Shown here: positions 31,322 through 37,330 of the stretch, piece after piece
Position numbering within the stretch: the first letter of the stretch is position 1
Layout of the letters: every line of letters starts with the position of its first letter
Origin: Actinomycetota bacterium
GTDB taxonomy: Bacteria > Actinomycetota > CADDZG01 > WHSQ01
Length of the DNA stretch: 41,685 bases
Assembly: GCA_050694075.1 (NCBI GenBank)
Contig: JBOGWZ010000001.1
Span: 1-41,685 of the forward strand
Direction of reading: 5' to 3'
Made by a program: the position numbers and the translations under genes
The notes under the pieces: generated by a model
Told to the model about the DNA's origin: nothing
The model's database searches: none
The model's input: only the letters and a program-made list of their open reading frames with translations

Positions 31322-32263
31322 ATGAATCTGCTGATAGTTCAACGTCCTCACATCAACGAAGTGGAGATCTCCTCGGTTCGCAGCAAGTTCACGATCGAAC
31401 CGCTGGAACCGGGATTCGGCTACACGCTCGGCAACTCGCTGAGGCGCACGCTCCTCTCGTCGATCCCAGGCGCTGCCGTCACCCAGGTGAAGATCGACAG
31501 CGTGCTGCACGAGTTCTCCACCATAGAGGGCGTCAAGGAGGACGTGACAGACATCGTCCTGAATCTGAAGCAGCTCGTGATCCGGAGCGAGAACGAGGAG
31601 CCGACCACGGTCTACCTTCGCGTGTCGGGTGCCACCGAAGTCACTGCGGGCGATATCGAGCTGCCCGCGGGGGTCGAGGTTCTCAACCCCGAACACCACA
31701 TCGCCACGCTCAACGACAAGGCTACGCTCTCGATGGAGATGCGAATCGAGCAGGGTCGCGGATACGTCGCCGCCGCCACCGCTCCTAAGGAGGCGATCGG
31801 CACGATCCCCCTCGACGCGATCTTCTCTCCGGTCAAGCGTGTGACCTACGAGGTCGAGCCGACGCGCGTCGAGCAGATGACCAACTACGACCGGCTGATC
31901 CTCGACGTGGAGACGGACGGATCGGTAACGCCGGCGGATGCCGTGTCGTCTGCGGGCTCCACGCTCGTCAACCTTCTCCAGTTGTTCGCGGAGAGCGGAG
32001 AGGGCGCCGGTGGTCTTGTCCCCGGTCCGGAACCTGGCGAGGAAGAGGTCTCCGGCGTCCTCGCCCGGCCGATCGAGGAGCTGGACTTCACCGTCCGCTC
32101 CTATAACTGTCTCAAGCGCGAAGGGGTCACCACGGTAGGGGAGCTCGTCGAGAAGACCGAAGATGACCTACTCGAGATCCGGAACTTCGGACAGAAGTCG
32201 ATCGACGAAGTCAAGGCGAAGCTCGAAGAGTTAGCGCTAAGCCTCAAGAGCAAAGAGTTCTAG
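31322..32263 (+). CDS. rpoA: DNA-directed RNA polymerase subunit alpha
   Basis: ..[32 protein letters not shown].., and a C-terminal domain ..[38 protein letters not shown]... Confidence 0.96.
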   Translation: MNLLIVQRPHINEVEISSVRSKFTIEPLEPGFGYTLGNSLRRTLLSSIPGAAVTQVKIDSVLHEFSTIEGVKEDVTDIVLNLKQLVIRSENEEPTTVYLRVSGATEVTAGDIELPAGVEVLNPEHHIATLNDKATLSMEMRIEQGRGYVAAATAPKEAIGTIPLDAIFSPVKRVTYEVEPTRVEQMTNYDRLILDVETDGSVTPADAVSSAGSTLVNLLQLFAESGEGAGGLVPGPEPGEEEVSGVLARPIEELDFTVRSYNCLKREGVTTVGELVEKTEDDLLEIRNFGQKSIDEVKAKLEELALSLKSKEF

Positions 32264-32283
32264 GAGCAATAAGGAGCACGGCC

Positions 32284-32883
32284 ATGCCCAAGCCGAAGAA
32301 GGGCCCCCGCCTCGGAGCGAATCCGTCGCATCAGGATCTGATGTTGCGCAACCTGGCGCGCTCGCTCTTCGAACACGAGCGGATCCAGACGACCGAAGCC
32401 AAGGCAAAGATGCTCCGACCATTCGCGGAGCGGCTGATCACGAAGGCGAAGAAGGGCGACGTCCATCAGCGCCGTCAGGTTCTCTCGACGATCGAGGACC
32501 GGGACGTCGTCCATAAGCTCTTCTCGGATATCGCACTGCGTTTTTCGGATCGCAACGGCGGCTACACGCGCATCCTGAAGGTGGGCCCACGGGGCGGAGA
32601 CGGGGCTCCGATGGCGCTCGTCGAGCTCGTCGGAGAGAGTGTGCTTTCGGCGGCGACGGCCGAGCAGGCGGAAGGGAGCGCTCCCCGCAGGCTCCGCCGC
32701 CCCTCACGCAGGCGGGCCGTCGAGCAGCGGGCGCCCGAGGCCGCGCCCTCGCCGGAGGCAACCGCCGAGCGTGACGAGGAGGAAGTGGAGGAAGCCGGCG
32801 ACGAGGGCGCGGCTCCCGGCGACGCGAAGTCCGAGACGTCGCAGGACACGCCCGGCGATGACGAGGAGCAGAAGGAGAGCTGA
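32284..32883 (+). CDS. rplQ: 50S ribosomal protein L17 with an ~80-aa acidic/Ala-rich C-terminal tail
   Basis: ..[36 protein letters not shown]... and ..[25 protein letters not shown], followed by a low-complexity tail. Confidence 0.94.
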   Translation: MPKPKKGPRLGANPSHQDLMLRNLARSLFEHERIQTTEAKAKMLRPFAERLITKAKKGDVHQRRQVLSTIEDRDVVHKLFSDIALRFSDRNGGYTRILKVGPRGGDGAPMALVELVGESVLSAATAEQAEGSAPRRLRRPSRRRAVEQRAPEAAPSPEATAERDEEEVEEAGDEGAAPGDAKSETSQDTPGDDEEQKES

Positions 32884-33647
32884 ACCTCCGCCTCGATCTC
32901 GCTTACAACGGAGCGCCGTTCCGAGGCTTCGCGAAACAACCGGATGTTCCCACGGTTCAGGGCGATCTCGAGAGCGCGTTGTCGCGCCTATTCCAACGCC
33001 AGGTCATCATCTTCGGTGCGGGACGAACGGACGCGGGTGTGCACGCCCTGGGCCAGGTCGTGAACACCTACGACGCGCCCGAGGACGTCGATCCGGTCAA
33101 GGTGCGCGACTCGATCAACTCCATGTGCGAACCTCACATAGCAGTCTCCCGTTGCAGCTTCGCGGCCGACGACTTCCATGCACGAACCTCCGCGCGCTCG
33201 CGCACCTACGTTTTCGCGATCCTCGAGGGAGACGTGCCGGATCCCTTCTTGGCGCCGATCACTCTCTATCATCCGGAATCGCTCGACGTCGATGCGATGA
33301 ATGAGGCATGTGGGCATCTGCTCGGCGAAAACGACTTCAGCTCCTTCGGCCGGGTAAAGGAGGGGGGGTCGCCGGTACGCAACCTGTTCGAGTTCCACGT
33401 CGCCCGTACGGGAAAAGTTGTGCACATCCGCGCCCGAGCCAATGGCTTTCTCCAGCAGATGGTGCGCTCGCTCGTCGGTACGGTTATCCCGGTTGGAGAG
33501 GGACGGCTCTTGCCCGAGGAGATGCTCGACGTCCTGAACGCGAAGGACCGGGCCGCAGCCGGTCCGGTGGCTCCTCCACACGGCCTATGCCTCGTGTCGG
33601 TGGAGTACGACGCGGGCTGGAGCCGTCCGTTTGCGCCGTTCGGATAG
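32880..33647 (+). CDS. truA: tRNA pseudouridine(38-40) synthase TruA; start provisionally placed at CTG 32880, overlapping the rplQ stop
   Basis: The frame is open from 32862 (in-frame TGA at 32859-32861) and encodes the conserved N-terminus [34 protein letters not shown].. before the catalytic GRTDAGVHA. The first canonical start (TTG 32979, the track ORF start) would delete about 33 conserved residues. The CTGA overlap with the rplQ stop suggests coupled initiation. Confidence 0.85.
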   Translation: MNLRLDLAYNGAPFRGFAKQPDVPTVQGDLESALSRLFQRQVIIFGAGRTDAGVHALGQVVNTYDAPEDVDPVKVRDSINSMCEPHIAVSRCSFAADDFHARTSARSRTYVFAILEGDVPDPFLAPITLYHPESLDVDAMNEACGHLLGENDFSSFGRVKEGGSPVRNLFEFHVARTGKVVHIRARANGFLQQMVRSLVGTVIPVGEGRLLPEEMLDVLNAKDRAAAGPVAPPHGLCLVSVEYDAGWSRPFAPFG

Positions 33648-33671
33648 GCTCCTGTATCCTTCAGTGTCCCG

Positions 33672-33687
33672 CCGAACGGCCGTTCGG
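33672..33687 (+). promoter_or_regulatory. Perfect 16-nt palindrome (ccgaacgg/ccgttcgg) in the 60-nt truA-rplM spacer; possible rplM leader hairpin
   Basis: Read directly. It lies about 20 nt upstream of the rplM start. Regulatory role not established. Confidence 0.3.
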
Positions 33688-33707
33688 GCTGTGGTGAGAG
33701 GTAGTTG

Positions 33708-34202
33708 ATGAAGACCCACTCGACCAAAGCAAGTGAGATAACGCGCGATTGGTGGCTGGTGGACGCCGACGGCGTCGTGCTCGGCCGCCTTGCGTCTGAG
33801 GTTGCGAAGCTGTTACGCGGCAAGCACAAGCCCAACTTCGCCCCGAATCTCGACGTGGGCGACCACGTGGTCGTTGTGAACGCGGCGAAGGTCCTCTTGA
33901 CCGGCAACAAGATCATCCACAAGGAGCTGATCCGCCACTCCGGCTACCCGGGGGGCCTCAAGCGTTACTCGTATGAGAAGTTCCTGGTCGAGAACCCCGA
34001 GCGGGTGATCGAAAAGGCCGTCAGGGGGATGCTGCCGGGGAACCGTTTGGGGCGGGCGATGCTCAAGAAGCTGAAGGTCTACGCGGGGGCGGAGCACCGA
34101 CACCACGCCCAGGGTCCCAAGCCCTTCGACCTGAAGCCCGTCGCCGCTCCCCACAACCCGGACCAGGCGCACACGATCGAGGAGCTGACACAACATGCCT
34201 GA
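33708..34202 (+). CDS. rplM: 50S ribosomal protein L13 (with a ~20-aa C-terminal extension)
   Basis: ..[47 protein letters not shown]... ATG 33708 lies 6 nt after GAGAGG. TTG 33705 is the track start. Confidence 0.94.
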   Translation: MKTHSTKASEITRDWWLVDADGVVLGRLASEVAKLLRGKHKPNFAPNLDVGDHVVVVNAAKVLLTGNKIIHKELIRHSGYPGGLKRYSYEKFLVENPERVIEKAVRGMLPGNRLGRAMLKKLKVYAGAEHRHHAQGPKPFDLKPVAAPHNPDQAHTIEELTQHA

Positions 34203-34587
34203 TCCTTTGTCGAAGGCAACCGGCAAGCGCAAGGAGGCCACCTGTCGCGCCCGGCTCGTCGCCGGTAGTGGGAAATGGGAGGTCAACGGGCGCCCACTCG
34301 AGGACTACTTCCCGAGCGCCGCTCACCGCATGCTGATCACCGAGCCGCTGAGGCTCACCGAGACCGAGCCGAACTACGACGTCGTCGCGAGGGTCGAAGG
34401 CGGGGGGGTATCGGGCCAGGCCGGCGCCCTGCGTCACGCGCTCGCCCGCGCCCTGGCCGACCTCGACCCCGACTACCGACCGGCGCTAAAGAAGGCCGGA
34501 ATGCTCACGCGCGACGCGCGCGAGAAGGAGCGGCGCAAGTACGGGCTGAAGAAAGCCCGAAAGGCGCCGCAGTACTCGAAGCGCTAA
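34195..34587 (+). CDS. rpsI: 30S ribosomal protein S9
   Basis: ..[14 protein letters not shown]...VNGR.., ..[19 protein letters not shown].., and a C-terminal ..RKAPQYSKR. 8-nt overlap with rplM. Confidence 0.95.
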   Translation: MPDPLSKATGKRKEATCRARLVAGSGKWEVNGRPLEDYFPSAAHRMLITEPLRLTETEPNYDVVARVEGGGVSGQAGALRHALARALADLDPDYRPALKKAGMLTRDAREKERRKYGLKKARKAPQYSKR

Positions 34588-34589
34588 CC

Positions 34590-34642
34590 CCGAACTGATC
34601 GCCGCAACTCACCATATGAGGGAGCTGGGGCGATCAGTTCGG
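34590..34642 (+). terminator. Perfect 14-bp inverted repeat (ccgaactgatcgcc / ggcgatcagttcgg) with a 25-nt loop directly after rpsI; putative end of the r-protein array
   Basis: 34590-34603 is the exact reverse complement of 34629-34642. There is no U-tract. It starts 3 nt after the rpsI stop. Confidence 0.4.
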
Positions 34643-34679
34643 CCTGAAGAGTAGTCCGTGCGAGCATGGGGCCACGCTC

Positions 34680-36119
34680 GTGGAAAAGAACGCCAAACCC
34701 GTGGGGAAAATGGTCCCGGACGATCACGTGCTGGTGATCTTCGGGGCGAACGGAGACCTGTCGCGGCGGAAACTGCTCCCCGCGCTTTTCCACCTGTTTC
34801 AGGAGGGGCTGATGCCCCGGCGCTTCCGCGTGATCGGCAACTCCCGCAGCCCTCTCTCCGACCAAGACTTTCGAGAGTTCGCGCGCTCCGCCGTAGACGA
34901 GTTTTGCCGCTGCGACCCGGACGACGAGTCGTGGGCGGAGTTCTCATCCACCCTGTCCTACGTCTCCCACGAGTTCACCGCGGAGGACAACGAGCCCGTG
35001 GCCGACGCGGTGAGACGCGCCGAGAAGGAGCTCGGAGTTGATGTCCGCCGCCTCTTCTATCTGTCGGTGCCGCCGCCCGTCTTCTCGGTGATCACCCGGG
35101 CCCTGGGGGCGTGCGGGCTCGACGAGAGAGGTCGCGTCGTGTTCGAGAAGCCTTATGGGCTCGACCTCGAGTCGTTCCGCGAGCTCGACGCGGTCGTTCG
35201 TTCCGTGCTCGACGACACGCAGGTCTTCCGGATCGACCATTTCCTCGGCAAGGAGACCGTGCAGAACATCCTTGCGCTTCGCTTCGCGAACGGCATGTTC
35301 GAGCCGATCTGGAACCGCCAGCACGTGGAGCACGTCCAGATCGATGTGCCGGAAACGCTCGGTATCGGCAGGCGCTCCGGCTTCTACGAGCGCACCGGTG
35401 CGTTCAGGGACATGATCGTCACGCACCTCTTCCAGGTGTTGAGCTTCGTGGCGATGGAGCCCCCGACGTCGCTCGACCCGAAGCCGCTACAGGACGAGTC
35501 CGCCAAGGTCTTCGATTCGATGGTGGAACTGTCTCCGGACGACGTGGTCTACGGGCAGTACGACGGGTATGTGGATGAGGACGGTGTGAGTGACAGCTCG
35601 CAAACGGAGACGTTCGCCGCGGCCCGGCTGTCCATAGACAACTGGAGATGGGCAGGTGTGCCCTTCTACCTGCGGACGGGCAAGCGCATGGCCGAGGACA
35701 AGCAGATGGTGACGCTGGCGTTCCGAGAGCCGCCCCGTCAGATGTTCAGGGAGCTGGACGAGAGCGCGTTCGATCAGGACCATCTCGCGCTCGAGCTCGC
35801 GCCCGACGAGGGGATCTCGGTCTCGTTCCTGGCCAAGAATCCCGGCCCCGAGATCGTGCTCGCCCCCGCCGAGATGCGCTTTCGCTACGAGGGATCGTTC
35901 GGCTCCACGTTGATCGAGGCCTACGAGCGGCTGATACACGACGCGCTGATCGGGGACCGAACCCTGTTCACGCGTGGGGACGGCGTAGAGCGGGTGTGGG
36001 AGGTGGTGGAGCCGGTCCTTCGCCGGCCTCCGAAGCTGCATCCTTACCCGCAGGATTCATGGGGACCCGTGGCCGCAGACGAGCTGATCTCCCCACACCG
36101 GTGGCACCTAGGTGGCTGA
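34680..36119 (+). CDS. zwf: Glucose-6-phosphate 1-dehydrogenase (NADP-type Zwf)
   Basis: VIFGANGDLSRRKLLPALF (dinucleotide site) and the FRIDHFLGKETVQNILALRFANGMFEPIWN signature. 479 aa. The start is uncertain (GTG 34680, GTG 34701 or ATG 34710). Confidence 0.92.
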   Translation: MEKNAKPVGKMVPDDHVLVIFGANGDLSRRKLLPALFHLFQEGLMPRRFRVIGNSRSPLSDQDFREFARSAVDEFCRCDPDDESWAEFSSTLSYVSHEFTAEDNEPVADAVRRAEKELGVDVRRLFYLSVPPPVFSVITRALGACGLDERGRVVFEKPYGLDLESFRELDAVVRSVLDDTQVFRIDHFLGKETVQNILALRFANGMFEPIWNRQHVEHVQIDVPETLGIGRRSGFYERTGAFRDMIVTHLFQVLSFVAMEPPTSLDPKPLQDESAKVFDSMVELSPDDVVYGQYDGYVDEDGVSDSSQTETFAAARLSIDNWRWAGVPFYLRTGKRMAEDKQMVTLAFREPPRQMFRELDESAFDQDHLALELAPDEGISVSFLAKNPGPEIVLAPAEMRFRYEGSFGSTLIEAYERLIHDALIGDRTLFTRGDGVERVWEVVEPVLRRPPKLHPYPQDSWGPVAADELISPHRWHLGG

Positions 36120-36560
36120 CCTCCAGACGTGAGAGCGCGCCGCCCGCCGTTCGGCCAGCTCTTTTGCCTCGAGGAGGTGCTCGCGCACCAGGCGTTCGAA
36201 GACTCGCTTGACGTACAGCCTCCCGATCAGCGGACCGAAGAGGCCGGGTGGCGAGGCGAACCAACCCGCGTAGGTGACATCGGTCTCCGCCCCATCGACC
36301 TCTTGGAACGAGATCTCCTCACGGACGTCCGGCAGTGGTCCCTCGAGCCATGCGTACTGGATGCGCTCCGGAGGTTGCAGCTTGATCTTTTCGAGGGTGG
36401 GGATCGTGCGCTTTCGGTGGGAGGTCTCGAAGCGCACGATCTTCTCGAACTCCGAACGCTGCTCGACGACGCGGCCCGCGCTCGCAACGACCTCGAAACA
36501 CAGACCTCTGGGCGCGTGCATGCGAACCGTTTGGGTTCGAAGCGGTATACGTTGGCTCAT
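36108..36560 (-). CDS. SRPBCC-superfamily (polyketide cyclase/dehydrase-like) protein
   Basis: 150 aa. The composition and pattern (..FEVVASAGRVVEQRSEFEKI...DVTYAGWF...LIGRLYVKRVFERLVREHLLEAKELAE) resemble Polyketide_cyc2/SRPBCC small proteins. Convergent with zwf, with a 12-nt 3' overlap. Weak SD. Confidence 0.6.
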   Translation of the reverse strand: MSQRIPLRTQTVRMHAPRGLCFEVVASAGRVVEQRSEFEKIVRFETSHRKRTIPTLEKIKLQPPERIQYAWLEGPLPDVREEISFQEVDGAETDVTYAGWFASPPGLFGPLIGRLYVKRVFERLVREHLLEAKELAERRAARSHVWRSAT

Positions 36561-36625
36561 CCTGAAAGAGGATGCCCTATCAGGACGTTTGATTGCATGG
36601 TGATCGGAGACAGAGAGGGGGGACC

Positions 36626-37216
36626 GTGAAGATCGACTTCCACTTCGACCCGCTGTGACCGTGGGCGTGGCAGAGCTCCCGGTGGATCCGGGAGGTTGCG
36701 AAGGTTAGAGACGTCGAGGTCTCGTGGCGCCTCTTCAGTCTGCAAATCATCCACGAGGGCAAAGAGGACCCGCTGGCGGACCTGCACGCGCTCGGCACAC
36801 CGGCGCTGAGAACGCTGGCGGCCGTGGGCCGGAAACACGGCAACGAAGGCGTCGGGCGGCTGTACGAAGCGATCGGGCGGCGCGCGCACGATGGAGGAGA
36901 GGAACTGTCGCCCGAGCTCGTCGAGAAGGCTCTGAAGGACTCGGGGCTCGATGCCTCGTTCGTATGGAGGGCCCTCGATGACGACTCCACGATCGCCGAT
37001 GTGAGGGCCGAGCACGATGCGGTCGTCTCCGAGGTCGGCGCGTTCGGCGTGCCGACGATCGTTCTGGAGGACGGCGGAGGGATCTTCGGCCCGGTCATCT
37101 CGTCGGCTCCCCAGGGCGAGGAGGCCGGAGAGCTGTGGGACCACGTACGGTGGCTGACCGAGCACGGCTACTTCTTCGAGCTCAAGCGCGAGCGGGACCG
37201 AGGTCCCGGTGAGTGA
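36626..37216 (+). CDS. DsbA-like (Rv2466c-type) thiol oxidoreductase with in-frame TGA at 36656-36658 in place of the catalytic Cys; candidate selenoprotein (alternative: nonsense pseudogene)
   Basis: Own translation: GTG 36626 (after AGAGGGGGG) gives MKIDFHFDPL-TGA-PWAWQSSRWIREVAKVRDVEVSWRLFSLQIIHEG...GVPTIVLEDGGGIFGPVISSAPQGEEAGELWDHVRWLTEHGYFFELKRER... It is in frame with track ORF 36824-37216. There are no other stops, and no ATG/GTG/TTG between the TGA and 36824. The family motif is FDP(L)CPWC. Confidence 0.65.
36676..36694 (+). promoter_or_regulatory. SECIS-like stem-loop downstream of the in-frame TGA
   Basis: ctcccgg-tggat-ccgggag: a 7-bp stem with a 5-nt G-containing loop. The stem starts 17 nt after the TGA, and the loop starts 24 nt after it. 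Confidence 0.45.
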
Positions 37217-37330
37217 CCGCGCCGAGTTTCGATTACGACCCCCATTGCGTTCAAACTAGCCGGGGCTGTGTCCTAGGGGGTGGGAATACCCTAGTGACCT
37301 GGAGGTGAGGGCATAGTCGACGAGTACGAC

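Noticed and set aside
36108-36119. 12-nt convergent overlap of the zwf and SRPBCC 3' ends.
   Set aside because: Short convergent overlaps are common in compact GC-rich genomes. There is no evidence of antisense regulation beyond the overlap itself.
36129-36629. 166-aa plus-strand ORF overlapping the SRPBCC gene.
   Set aside because: It is antisense to the more protein-like minus-strand ORF. Its translation is Arg/Leu/Asp-rich with no motif, and it would run into the DsbA-like gene's SD and start.
36656-36823. Reading the DsbA-like locus as two independent units: a 10-aa peptide plus the 130-aa track ORF from GTG 36824.
   Set aside because: Family-typical sequence (PWAWQSSRWIREVAKVRDVEV...) spans the stretch between the TGA and GTG 36824, which contains no start codon. 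GTG 36824 has no SD and would start the protein in the middle of the fold. Either Sec recoding or a very recent nonsense mutation explains this better. Both are kept open in the findings.
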